From Cyanophyceae cyanobacterium (GTDB taxonomy: Bacteria > Cyanobacteriota > Cyanobacteriia > Cyanobacteriales > JBHJGN01), in NCBI GenBank assembly GCA_050331735.1, contig JBHJGN010000004.1, positions 1-64,000 of the forward strand: a stretch of DNA of 64,000 bases, read 5' to 3'. Position 1 is the first letter of the stretch; every line of letters begins with the position of its first letter. The notes beneath the pieces were generated by a model, which was not told where the DNA came from, searched no databases, and saw only the letters and a list, made by a program, of their open reading frames with translations. The translations under genes and the position numbers were made by a program. Shown here one piece after another: positions 38,887 through 48,581 of the stretch.

Positions 38887-39258
38887 ATGAATAGTAAGCT
38901 AACTGTCTTAGTAGTTGAAGATAGTCCGTCTGAGATGTTATTGATTAGCGGCTATTTACGGGAGAGCGGCTATAACGTCATCAACGCCTACAGCGGCAAA
39001 GAAGCCATGGAAAAGGCGATGGAGCAGCGGCCCGATGTCGTGGTGACCGATGTAGTTATGCCAGGAATGAACGGATTTGAACTATGTCGCAGCTTAAAGA
39101 AGCATCCGTCTACTCAGAAAATTCCGGTGGTAGCCTGTACCTCCAAAGATCAGGAATTGGATCGCCTGTGGGGCATGAAACAGGGCATTGATATTTATCT
39201 CACCAAACCAGCGACGCAAGAAAAAATCGTGCGAGCCGTCAGAGCGGCGGTCATCTAA
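38887..39258 (+). CDS. CheY-like response regulator
   Basis: VEDS, TDVVMP, CTSK, LTKP. Confidence 0.93.
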   Translation: MNSKLTVLVVEDSPSEMLLISGYLRESGYNVINAYSGKEAMEKAMEQRPDVVVTDVVMPGMNGFELCRSLKKHPSTQKIPVVACTSKDQELDRLWGMKQGIDIYLTKPATQEKIVRAVRAAVI

Positions 39259-39264
39259 ACAGAT

Positions 39265-39768
39265 ATGAACTCCGCCACTTCCTACCCCACCCCGTTACCG
39301 TCTCAAACTGACGAGAGCTATCTTCAGCTACAGCTTGCTCGCCAAACGCGAGCAGTTCTTCCTCTCCAGGCGGCTCGAAAGGTTCTGGTGATTCCAAAAA
39401 CAAAAGTCACTCCAATTCCTAACATGCCGGAGTGCTTTCTAGGATTATTCAGTCAGCGCAGTCAGGTATTTTGGGCCGTAGATCTGCTCAAAATTCTGGA
39501 CCTACGGCCATCAGAAATGCCGCCTCGCGACTACAGCGTTGTCGTCATTAATAGCGGGGAAATCACTTTAGGATTAGTGGTTCAAGAAGTTCGAGGCGTA
39601 CTGCGGTTAGCCACAAACTCGATTCAATCGCCAAGCGGGATGGTGGCTCCCCGCTTAGGGCCTTATCTACAGGGATGTCTGCTAGAGCAGGGAGAAGTGC
39701 TGCTCGTTCTCAACGTGCAGGCGATCGCCCGCTCGCCAGCCCTCTACTCGGTGCCACCCCCGGTGTAA
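39265..39768 (+). CDS. CheW-like protein
   Basis: VTPIPNMPECFLGLFSQRSQVFWAVDL; operon context. Confidence 0.9.
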   Translation: MNSATSYPTPLPSQTDESYLQLQLARQTRAVLPLQAARKVLVIPKTKVTPIPNMPECFLGLFSQRSQVFWAVDLLKILDLRPSEMPPRDYSVVVINSGEITLGLVVQEVRGVLRLATNSIQSPSGMVAPRLGPYLQGCLLEQGEVLLVLNVQAIARSPALYSVPPPV

Positions 39769-40022
39769 ACGGGACGGGGAAGGGGAAATCGCTTCGCGAT
39801 GGGGGAAATAGTTGCTCCGCAACGGGGAAGCAGTGCGACCCCGCGTCGGCGAAAGACGCAAGGGAACGCGCACCAAGACAGGGGGAAAGGGGAAGGGGGA
39901 AAGGAATCAAGATTTATGGGGAGGACTGTTCTCACATAGCTATGAGGGCGAGGGAAAATACAAATTAATCATTCCCTATTTCCCGTGCCGAAGGCACTAC
40001 TCCTTCCCGTAGCTAACGCTGC
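39769..40022. repeat. Composite purine/pyrimidine repeat tract with several hairpins inside the chemosensory operon
   Basis: Hairpins at 39788, 39811, 39843, 39985; GGGGAAA tracts. Confidence 0.75.
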
Positions 40023-40052
40023 CTTAAATAAAGTTGATTTAGAGGACTGACA

Positions 40053-42389
40053 ATGGCTATTTATTCTTCCGAGGATGTACGACAGGAGCACCTATCTCCT
40101 GAACCGACGCAGGTTGCAAATGGTAACACTCCGGGTAACGACACTCCGGATAACGGTAAGGCGACAGTTTTAGCAGCCCCCAAAAAACGTCGGCAGGGTC
40201 GGCGTCGGTTTGGATTAAGGCAAAAAGCGACTCTACTGGCGATCGCCGTTGGCACCATTCCGGTGGCGGTAGTCGGGGCGGTCGCCTATCGCCTCGCCAG
40301 CCAGTCGCTGACCGAAGAAATTGTCAGGGCGCAAGAAAGTATTACCCGCGAACTCGCCAGAGAAGTGGAACAATTTACCGAAGAAATCGTTAAGGATGTT
40401 CAGCTTCTCACTCAGTCTCCCCTCCTCGTCAATCCTGACCTGAATCAGGTTGCTACCCGGCAGCAGCAGGTTGCGCTACTGAATAACCTGGTGGAGGTAA
40501 GTGCCGGAATTGAAGAAAGCATCGCCGTGTACGATCTCCAAGGAAACTTCCTGTTTGGGTCTGAGGGAATACAAACATCAGCAGAAGAGAACGAGAGCGA
40601 AGAGGAGTACTTTCAGCGTGCGGTGGCAAGCCGCGCCCTAACGATTAGCGATCCGCAGGTCACTTCAGATGGCGAAATCAGCGTTCACATCGTGGCTCCC
40701 CTCGAAGAAATGACAACGGGGAGCCTGATCGGCCTGCTAGAGCTCCAGGTTGCTGCCGACCGCTATGCCGATGTCTTTGTTCTTGCCCGCGCTCAGAATC
40801 TGGAGTATAAGTTGGTCGATGCTAACGGAGCAATTTTTGTTGCCGATGAAACAGAGTGGATGGGGCAAGCCCTTTCGGCAGAATTTGGAGAATTCCCTCA
40901 GCTAGAGGAGGAAGTGTTAGCAGCACAAAACCGTTTCCCCGACACTGACGAACCGCCTCTCGAAGCAGTCGCGACAGGAGTTCTCTATGACGAAGCCGAG
41001 CAAGAAGATGCCTTAGTGACCTACATTAGGCTAGAAGACCCCACGGGAATGGGAGAACCATCCTGGAGTTTGGCGATTGCTCAAGATACCGGAGATGCCT
41101 TTGCGCCGATTAACCAGCTTCGTTTAACATTTCTCCTGGGTACCGGAGTGGCAGCTTTGCTCGTGGGGGCGATCGCGGCGATCATCGCTCGGCAAGCGGT
41201 GCGGCCCTTGGTGGCCTCAGCATCGGCAGTAGAACAGATCGGTCGGGGAGACTTAGAAACCCGCTTGCCCGTGCGCGGAAGCGATGAACTGGCGGTGCTG
41301 GGAGACAATATTAACCTCATGGCAGAGCAAATCCAGACGCTTGTAGCCAGCCAAACCGCCGAAACCGAACGTCAGAAGCAGCAGAATCAGGCTCTTCAGC
41401 AAGAGCTACTCGGGCTGATCGAGCAGGTGGACCAAGCGTCTAAAGGGGATCTGACGGTGCGGGCCGAAATCACGTCTGGAGAAATTGGCGTGATCGCCGA
41501 CGTGTTTAACGTGATTGTCGAGAGTTTGCGGGAGCTGGTGGGACGAGTCAAGCAAACTGCCATTCAGGTGAGTAGTTCGGTCGGCACGAACGAAGAGTCG
41601 ATGCGTCAGTTAGCAGAGCAGGCAGCGATGCAGGCTTCCCAAGTAGAGCAAATTCGGCAGTCGGTCGAGGAAATGTCTGGCTCGATTCAATCGGTGGCGC
41701 AAAATACCCGGCAAGCGGCTACCGTAGCCCGCTCCGCCTCGACGACGGCTGAAACTGGCGGCGTGGCGATGGAGCGCACCGTTCGCAGTATTGTGCAGCT
41801 CCGCGAGACAATATCAGAAACGGGGAAAAAAGTCAAGAGACTGGGAGAGGCTTCGCAGCAGATTTCGCGGGTCGTAGCGCTCATCAACCAAATTGCCCTT
41901 AAGACCAACCTCCTCGCGGTAAATGCCTCGATTGAGGCAGCGCGGGCCGGAGAAGAAGGACTTGGATTTGCGGTGGTCGCCGAGGAAGTGGGAGAGCTGG
42001 CAGCCCAATCTGCCACCGCTACGACAGAAATTGAGCAAATCGTGGAAAACATCCAGCGAGAAACCGAAGAAGTCGTGAAAGCGATGAACCTGGGGACTAC
42101 TCAGGTGGCCCAAGGAACGCGGCAGGTAGCCGAAACCCGGCAAAGCCTCACGCAGATTGTGGAGGTATCCCGTCAGATCGACGAACTGCTTCAGTCCATC
42201 GTGCAGACCACCATCTCCCAAGCCCAAACCTCTCGCTCCATCAACGATTTGATGGAAAATATCGCCCACAATTCTACCCAAACGTCCAATGCCTCCAGCC
42301 AGGTGTCTCGCTCGCTCCAGGAAACCGTCCAGATGGCTCAGGAACTCGAGAACTCGGTGGCAACCTTTACAGTAGAGGAGCGGGCATAG
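40053..42389 (+). CDS. Methyl-accepting chemotaxis protein (TM, Cache-like periplasmic domain, TM, HAMP, MA)
   Basis: Two TM helices; HAMP GSDELAVLGDNIN; IALKTNLLAVNASIEAARAGE; no GAF domain recognised. Confidence 0.95.
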   Translation: MAIYSSEDVRQEHLSPEPTQVANGNTPGNDTPDNGKATVLAAPKKRRQGRRRFGLRQKATLLAIAVGTIPVAVVGAVAYRLASQSLTEEIVRAQESITRELAREVEQFTEEIVKDVQLLTQSPLLVNPDLNQVATRQQQVALLNNLVEVSAGIEESIAVYDLQGNFLFGSEGIQTSAEENESEEEYFQRAVASRALTISDPQVTSDGEISVHIVAPLEEMTTGSLIGLLELQVAADRYADVFVLARAQNLEYKLVDANGAIFVADETEWMGQALSAEFGEFPQLEEEVLAAQNRFPDTDEPPLEAVATGVLYDEAEQEDALVTYIRLEDPTGMGEPSWSLAIAQDTGDAFAPINQLRLTFLLGTGVAALLVGAIAAIIARQAVRPLVASASAVEQIGRGDLETRLPVRGSDELAVLGDNINLMAEQIQTLVASQTAETERQKQQNQALQQELLGLIEQVDQASKGDLTVRAEITSGEIGVIADVFNVIVESLRELVGRVKQTAIQVSSSVGTNEESMRQLAEQAAMQASQVEQIRQSVEEMSGSIQSVAQNTRQAATVARSASTTAETGGVAMERTVRSIVQLRETISETGKKVKRLGEASQQISRVVALINQIALKTNLLAVNASIEAARAGEEGLGFAVVAEEVGELAAQSATATTEIEQIVENIQRETEEVVKAMNLGTTQVAQGTRQVAETRQSLTQIVEVSRQIDELLQSIVQTTISQAQTSRSINDLMENIAHNSTQTSNASSQVSRSLQETVQMAQELENSVATFTVEERA

Positions 42390-45182
42390 GTGGCAAACTG
42401 GCAACACGACCTGCGATCGCAGTTTCTCGTCGAAGCCCGCGAGCACATCGAGCAGCTCGAAGCGGGTTTGCTCGGGATTGGCACCTCCGGCCTCACCCGA
42501 GAAGGACTGGATGCGCTATTGCGCGCTGCCCACTCCCTCAAAGGCGGAGCGGCCATGATGGAGCTGCTGCCCCTCAGTCATCTGGCTCATCGCCTCGAAG
42601 AAGTGCTCAACGGATTGCGCTCCGCTGCCCCTCTCGATATTGCCATCGAGGAAAAGCTGCTGCGGAGCATCGATGCCCTACGCCGCGTGGTCTCTCTCTA
42701 TCAGCAAGGAACAGCGGTGACAGAGACGTGGCTCCAGTCAGAGGCAGAGCCGCTGTTTGACGAACTCCAGCAGCATCTCGGCCCCCCGCCCCCGGAGGAG
42801 CCGCTTGTCCCAGAGACCGAGGGAAACCTCCAGCAGACTTTGTTTGAAACCGAAGTCGCTGCCTGTCTCCAGCGGCTAGAAACGGTGCTAGCCACTCCCG
42901 ACCAGCCCTGCCTGCGGGAAGAAATTTTGCTGGCGGCTCAGGAGCTCGGCGGTTTAGGGGAGATGCTAGAGCTAGATTCCTGGCATCAGCTCTGCCTGTC
43001 GATTCAGCAGCAGCTCGAAGACAGCACGACAGAGCAGACTGAGGCGATCGCTCGGTCGGCTTTGGAGCAGTGGTGGCGCGGACGAACGCTAATTCTCAAC
43101 GGTCAAGGAGAGGCTGTTCCCACGGCTGTCCGGGGAAGTGTCCCAGAGCAGTCAGCGCTAGTGGTAGACGTTAGCACAGACCTCGCAGCCACTTCACCAG
43201 CCGTCCCTGCTGAAATTGAGATTGCGTCAGGGCTGCTCCCTCCTTCCGCTCAGGAGACCGTGCGCGTGGCGGTAGAGCAGCTTGACCAGTTCAGCAATCT
43301 GTTTGGCGTACAGACCATCGAGCGCAATGGGTTAGAGCAGCAGCTTCAGGCCCTGCGTCGCTTAGTCGGTTTGCTGCACCAGAAAGGGCGGGTTCTCCAA
43401 GATGCCAATGCTCGCGTTCAAACCGCCTGCGACCAGATGGCCGCCACACCTTCCCGAATGCCCGCTTTCGTTTCTTCGAGCGGGAACGATGGACTAGACA
43501 TGGACCGCTACAGCGAGCTTCACCTACTGTCTCAGGAGGTTACGGAAGTAACGGTCCAGATTCAGGAAATTGCCGACGACCTTCAGTTGGGGCTAGAGGA
43601 CTCCGAACGCACGGTGCGAGAACTGGGGCGCAACTCTAAGCTGATGCAGAAGGGATTGACCCAGATGCGGATGCGCCCACTCTCTGAACTCCTAGACCGT
43701 TTCCCCCGGGCTCTGCGAGAGATGGAGCTGCACTACGGCAAAACAGTGCGTCTCCAGGTCAGCGGGGAAGCCACCCTCATCGATCGCACCATCCTCGATG
43801 TTCTCAACGAACCGCTGCTGCATCTGCTCCGCAATGCCTTTGCCCACGGCATCGAGGAGCCAGACCAGCGCCGCGCCTGCGGTAAACCAGCCCAGGGCAG
43901 CATCACCATTCGCGCTCGCTATCGCGGGCATCAGGTGGCAATTGCCGTTAGTGACGATGGGGGCGGTATTCCCTTTAACAAAATTCGGTTCCAAGCCCGC
44001 AAGAGAGGCTATGAGGGGCCTCTATCCCAGCGAGAACTGCTCAACCTGATTTTTGAGCCAGGATTTAGCACCGCTGAGCGAGTCACCAATCTAGCCGGAC
44101 GAGGCGTAGGCATGGACGTTGTTCGCACTAATCTTCGCCAGATTCGCGGCGATATTCAGGTCGAGACTCGTCCCGGGGCCGGAACCACCTTCACCCTCAC
44201 CGTTCCTCTCTCCCTTTCGGTTCTCAAGGTGATGCTGGTAGAGGTTAATCACCTGCTCCTCGCCTTTCCGACCAATACCGTCGAAGAAGTCTTGCTGCTC
44301 AAGCCCGAGATGCTGCTTCAGTCGGCGGGGAAAGAGTTCATCAACGTCGCCGGAGTCGTCATTCCCCTAGTCGAGCTCCGTCAGTGGCTTCAGCATCCCC
44401 AGGTCGAGCGCGGCACCATCGAAGCCGCTCCGGCGATCGATGCTTCTGTTGCGCTAATTTCAACGCGCGGCACTCATTTTTCCGCCCTGACCGCCGACCG
44501 TTACTGGGGCGAGCAGGAAGTCACCATTCGCCAGGTAGAAGGAAATCTGCCTCTGCCTCCCGGCTTTTCCGGCTGTACAATTCTCGGCGATGGACGTGTC
44601 GTCCCGTTAGTCGATGCGATCGCCCTCCTCAACTGGATTGAACAGGAACAGCGTCGCCCAGAACCAGCCGGTTTCCCCTCAGTTCCGAACGCGCTTCCTC
44701 AAGCAGAGCCGAATCTTCCGCCCACCGTTATGGTCGTCGATGATTCCGCGACCGTTCGCCGCTTTTTGGCGCTTGCCTTAGAGCGAGCGGGATATCGCGT
44801 CGAGCAGGCCAAAAACGGTCAGGACGGACTAGAAAAACTGCAACGACAGCCCGTACAGGCTGTCGTTTGTGACCTAGAGATGCCAGGAGTAGACGGCTAT
44901 AGTTTCCTCAGCCAGGTCAGAGCCAGTCCCGACTATCAGACCCTCCCCGTGATTATCCTCACCTCCCGCAGTAGCGACCAGCATCGCTCTAGGGCTATGG
45001 AGCTAGGCGCGAACGCCTACGTGGTCAAACCCTACAAAGAGCCGGAGCTTCTGCAACTCATTGAGCAAGTCCTCCAAGAGGAGGAAAGGGAATATCGCTA
45101 TGCGATGGGGAAAGGGGAAAGGGAAAAGGGAAATCTGTCCCTCCGGGACGGGAAAGAAAAAACAGTGAACAGTGAGCAGTGA
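42390..45182 (+). CDS. CheA-like hybrid kinase (Hpt-HATPase-CheW-REC)
   Basis: RAAHSLKG; HLLRNAFAHG, DDGGGI, GRGVGMDVV; C-terminal REC VDDS...CDLEMP. Confidence 0.95.
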   Translation: MANWQHDLRSQFLVEAREHIEQLEAGLLGIGTSGLTREGLDALLRAAHSLKGGAAMMELLPLSHLAHRLEEVLNGLRSAAPLDIAIEEKLLRSIDALRRVVSLYQQGTAVTETWLQSEAEPLFDELQQHLGPPPPEEPLVPETEGNLQQTLFETEVAACLQRLETVLATPDQPCLREEILLAAQELGGLGEMLELDSWHQLCLSIQQQLEDSTTEQTEAIARSALEQWWRGRTLILNGQGEAVPTAVRGSVPEQSALVVDVSTDLAATSPAVPAEIEIASGLLPPSAQETVRVAVEQLDQFSNLFGVQTIERNGLEQQLQALRRLVGLLHQKGRVLQDANARVQTACDQMAATPSRMPAFVSSSGNDGLDMDRYSELHLLSQEVTEVTVQIQEIADDLQLGLEDSERTVRELGRNSKLMQKGLTQMRMRPLSELLDRFPRALREMELHYGKTVRLQVSGEATLIDRTILDVLNEPLLHLLRNAFAHGIEEPDQRRACGKPAQGSITIRARYRGHQVAIAVSDDGGGIPFNKIRFQARKRGYEGPLSQRELLNLIFEPGFSTAERVTNLAGRGVGMDVVRTNLRQIRGDIQVETRPGAGTTFTLTVPLSLSVLKVMLVEVNHLLLAFPTNTVEEVLLLKPEMLLQSAGKEFINVAGVVIPLVELRQWLQHPQVERGTIEAAPAIDASVALISTRGTHFSALTADRYWGEQEVTIRQVEGNLPLPPGFSGCTILGDGRVVPLVDAIALLNWIEQEQRRPEPAGFPSVPNALPQAEPNLPPTVMVVDDSATVRRFLALALERAGYRVEQAKNGQDGLEKLQRQPVQAVVCDLEMPGVDGYSFLSQVRASPDYQTLPVIILTSRSSDQHRSRAMELGANAYVVKPYKEPELLQLIEQVLQEEEREYRYAMGKGEREKGNLSLRDGKEKTVNSEQ

Positions 45183-45257
45183 CCAGGCTGGTTCATTTAA
45201 CTGCTCACTGTCAAGTCCCTCCCTTTCCCCCTGACCCTTTTCCCGCGCCAGCGGCGC
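45082..45257. repeat. Composite repeat overlapping the CheA 3' end
   Basis: GGGGAAA tract, hairpins at 45094, 45137, 45245, CAGTGAN heptamers. Confidence 0.78.
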
Positions 45258-45278
45258 AGCAAGTAACGGATACAAAGT

Positions 45279-45773
45279 ATGTCATTATCTCCCCTGCGGC
45301 TCCAACGATTAACGGCTCGTCAAACAGAAGCAACGCATCAGTTGATTACTTTTCGACTGCGAGAGGACTGGTTTGCTTTGCCAATTCGAGCCGTGCAAAA
45401 AGTAGTGGCTGGTGAAGAGGTTTGCGATCGCTCAGGAGCGGCTGGACGAGTGGCCACGTACCAAAACCAAGGATTGCTGATTATTGATGTCGCGCGTCAG
45501 ATCTTTAAGACTCCAGCCCTTCCAGGAACTGCCGCCACTTTACCTTCCCAGCGCGAACCCTACTTCGCGATCCTGCAAATCTCTGATGGAGGCATTGCCC
45601 TGCCTCTAGATTCCGCTCCGGTTCTTCGTCGCGTTCCTCTGTCTGCTCTATCTCCCGTCTCCGCTTCCTATCGGGCACAAGGAAATTTTTCCTGCGTTAG
45701 TGCTATGGTGATTGAAGAACGCGATCGCCCACCGCTCCTGCTCCTCGATCCAGAAAAATTGATGACAGCGTAA
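45279..45773 (+). CDS. Second CheW-like protein
   Basis: QLITFRLREDWFALPIRAVQKV; LLLLDPEKL. Confidence 0.82.
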   Translation: MSLSPLRLQRLTARQTEATHQLITFRLREDWFALPIRAVQKVVAGEEVCDRSGAAGRVATYQNQGLLIIDVARQIFKTPALPGTAATLPSQREPYFAILQISDGGIALPLDSAPVLRRVPLSALSPVSASYRAQGNFSCVSAMVIEERDRPPLLLLDPEKLMTA

Positions 45774-46125
45774 TTGTGAACTATTGATCGTTGGGTGTTG
45801 ATCGGGTCAGGGTTAAAGACGAGCTGGATTTGTTGGTAAGCATTCAACCTCTTCGATAAAATCCTAATCTTCTCTGGTCAGAACCCTGAGTCACTCAGTT
45901 TAATTAAGACGAATAGGAGCGGTTAAGAATCGCTGCGATTACACCCAAACCGGAATTCTTGTTTGGAGCTTGCGCTAGTAGACTTAGTTTGAGTAGCCGC
46001 ACATTTGCCAGGATAGCAGTGTAGCTGTCTGCCCCAAAAATTTTTTTCTGCGGAGAAGCTTTTATCGTCGGAGTGGGAAAGCTTAGTATTAGTGCATACG
46101 GCTCTCAACCAAATACGGCAAGATA

Positions 46126-46677
46126 ATGAAGATTGAAGAAATCGTTAAACAAGCCCTCAAAGAAGGCTATTTGTCTCCGACGATGGAATCCGAAGTCAGT
46201 AAAATTTGCGATCGCGCCTCGGAATTATCGGTTGAAGAATGCACTGCGTTAGAGGAGCTCATGGGGGCGCTACTCTCGGGAGAGGTGAAAACAACGCCTC
46301 GTAAAGAATTTATTAACGTCATGGAAGAATTAGTGCTGAGCGAGGCCATTGCTCGCGTTGCTCAAATTGAGGCCACGAGCGAACATACGCTCGATGTCGG
46401 CGATATTACCGCTTACGCCCTAAACCGACTCCCGCCTCTCTATGCTACGACAGAAGAAGGAGCCAGCTACCAGCGTCAAAGAGCTAAAGAAGAACTGCGG
46501 AATCTCATTCCGCAGCAGGTTGAGGCGGCGATCGCCCGATATTTGGATCGCCCGTCGTTTTTTCCAGAGCGGCAATCGCTCAGCAAAAATACGAGCGGAG
46601 ATGCGATCGCGCAAATTAGTCATCTCCTCCAGGGCTATGCCCCTGACTATGAAACGAAAACAGAAATCAGCGTCTGA
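46126..46677 (+). CDS. ComFB-domain protein
   Basis: NVMEELV...TAYALNRLPPLYATTEEG. Confidence 0.85.
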   Translation: MKIEEIVKQALKEGYLSPTMESEVSKICDRASELSVEECTALEELMGALLSGEVKTTPRKEFINVMEELVLSEAIARVAQIEATSEHTLDVGDITAYALNRLPPLYATTEEGASYQRQRAKEELRNLIPQQVEAAIARYLDRPSFFPERQSLSKNTSGDAIAQISHLLQGYAPDYETKTEISV

Positions 46678-46761
46678 TTTGCTCGTTGAAGAATGTGGAA
46701 CCTTCATCAGAAAATAGCGGTCTAAGAGGAGAAGGATGGTGTAGTGTTAATAAATAAGTTA

Positions 46762-47418
46762 ATGAATCAATCTATTCCGCTCTCTTGGTCTAGTGTTGAG
46801 GTTAACTCTCCTCAAAGCTTGGTGCCCCCGGATAAACTCTCTAACTACGATTTGATTGTTCGCTGTCAGGAAGGCAACTCTCCTGATCGCATTGCCTTTG
46901 CTGAACTGCTGCGCCGCTACCAGTCTCACGTAGAGAAAGTTTTGTATCATCTGGCCCCAGACTGGAACGACCGCTCGGATTTAGCCCAAGAAGTGTGGAT
47001 TCGAGTCTACCGCAATCTGAAGCGTCTCCATGAGCCAGGTAAGTTTCAGGGCTGGCTGAGCCGCATTGCTACTAACTTGTTTTATGATGAGCTCCGCAAG
47101 CGCAAGCGCAAGAAGCCTCTTTCTCTAGACGCTCCTCGCCGAGTTAATGACGGAGAGATGGACTGGGAAATTGCCGATTTTGCCCCGGGTCCAGAAGAGC
47201 GCTTGACGACCCACGAATTTTACGAGCAGCTCCAGCAGGCGGTCGCCGATCTCCCAGAATCTTTTAGAACCACCATCGTGCTTCGAGAGATTGAGGGCAT
47301 GGCCTACGAGGAAATTGCCCAAATCACCGGAGTGTCTCTAGGAACCGTCAAATCCAGAATTGCGAGAGCTCGAGTCAAGCTGCAAGCCATCCTGCAAAAC
47401 TACCTAGAGGAAAGCTAA
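46762..47418 (+). CDS. sigG: ECF sigma factor (SigG type)
   Basis: DLAQEVWIRVY, WLSRIATNLFYDELRK, GTVKSRIARAR; followed by an anti-sigma gene. Confidence 0.88.
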   Translation: MNQSIPLSWSSVEVNSPQSLVPPDKLSNYDLIVRCQEGNSPDRIAFAELLRRYQSHVEKVLYHLAPDWNDRSDLAQEVWIRVYRNLKRLHEPGKFQGWLSRIATNLFYDELRKRKRKKPLSLDAPRRVNDGEMDWEIADFAPGPEERLTTHEFYEQLQQAVADLPESFRTTIVLREIEGMAYEEIAQITGVSLGTVKSRIARARVKLQAILQNYLEES

Positions 47419-47522
47419 TCGGTGTTAGGCAGGAGTGCGTGTCAGTCGGATAAATATTTTTTCTAGATTTTTACTTTTGCTGAAAGAGAACGGATAATAG
47501 AAGTAGCGCCGTCCGCATCACC

Positions 47523-47996
47523 TTGAACTTTGAGCCTCACACAACAAAAGCAATGGACAATTCTGAACGAGATCGCTTTGAACTATTAAGTGCTTATTTA
47601 GACGGGGAAGTAACGCCAGCGGAACGCCGTCAGGTGCAGCAGTGGTTAGACAACGACCCGTCAATGCAGCAGCTATATGCTCGGCTGCTGCGGTTACGGC
47701 AGGGGATACAGCATCTTCCCTGTCCTGATGTTCAGCAGCCGTCTAAGCAGTTAACCGAGGCCGTCTTTCAACAAATCGACAGACAGCGAAATCGGCGGAG
47801 AGCGCTTTGGGGAGGAGGAATTGCTGCACTGGTTATTGGCGCACTCTCGGGCTTACTGGCAGAAAGACCGCTCCCTCGTTTTGCTCAAGCACCAGAAAGT
47901 AGCTCCGAGCAATTAGTGATTGCTCTTAACAAACCTGCCGTTGCCATTCCCGCCGCCGCCACCCCTGCCGTCCTTCCATTAGAAACGCAAAAGTAA
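47523..47996 (+). CDS. Membrane-anchored anti-sigma factor
   Basis: RFELLSAYLDGEVTPAERRQVQQWL; single TM; directly downstream of sigG. Confidence 0.85.
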   Translation: MNFEPHTTKAMDNSERDRFELLSAYLDGEVTPAERRQVQQWLDNDPSMQQLYARLLRLRQGIQHLPCPDVQQPSKQLTEAVFQQIDRQRNRRRALWGGGIAALVIGALSGLLAERPLPRFAQAPESSSEQLVIALNKPAVAIPAAATPAVLPLETQK

Positions 47997-48166
47997 GGGG
48001 CAGTCCCTACAGGATGGGGAAAGGGAAAATCGCTCCGCGACGGGAATAGAACGCAAGAATAAGGAACATGCTGATTTATTCTGCCTTTCCCCCGCGCCTA
48101 GGAGCGCTTTCCCCTGACCCTTGTCCCGCAGCTTTGCTGCTCTCCCCGCGCCGGTGGCGCTTTCCC
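47997..48166 (-). repeat. Composite dispersed repeat, inverted copy
   Basis: Reverse-complement core TGTTCCTTATTCTTGCGTTCTATTCCCG; hairpins at 48003, 48029, 48094, 48128, 48148. Confidence 0.78.
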
Positions 48167-48549
48167 GTCCACCATCCAGATGGCAGCAATACGCCGCCAA
48201 GCTGCTGGACCATCTCCCACGCCATCAGGTAAGCCCACGCGGTGCCAAGAGGCTCTCCAGCAGGAGTATAAATCGCTCTTTTCTGACGATAGTATTCGTT
48301 TTCTTGGGGCGGTCTGTTGGGCTGGTAATCTTCTAACTCGTCTAAGACCGTTAAAATTGACGGGTCGGGGAAAACTAGTAAAAAACCCTCCACTCGACTG
48401 TTGCCAGGAATCATCGCCGGGTAACCCAAAGGAAGAGTGAATAGTTCCCCCCAGGTATAGCTTCTGACCGCTTCTAGGACTTGCCCCGCACACAATCGAT
48501 GATTGATTTCTCCTGGCTTCAGAGTTCCGTAAGTAAACACCTTCTCCAC
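48076..48549 (-). CDS. Gamma-glutamylcyclotransferase (AIG2-like) family protein
   Basis: VFTYGTLKPG, GYPAM, LDELE, AWAY; last ~30 aa are repeat-derived. Confidence 0.88.
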   Translation of the reverse strand: MEKVFTYGTLKPGEINHRLCAGQVLEAVRSYTWGELFTLPLGYPAMIPGNSRVEGFLLVFPDPSILTVLDELEDYQPNRPPQENEYYRQKRAIYTPAGEPLGTAWAYLMAWEMVQQLGGVLLPSGWWTGKRHRRGESSKAAGQGSGESAPRRGGKAE

Positions 48550-48581
48550 AACAAATCTTTGGTCATCCCCCTATGTTCTCT

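Noticed and set aside
39675..40012. Five short ORFs between cheW and the MCP
   Set aside because: Products of the stop-poor repeat tract; same for 5875-6126, 45003-45415 and 47979-48200
41814..42446. 210-aa antisense ORF and similar shadow ORFs across the window
   Set aside because: Opposite well-supported genes; no domain features
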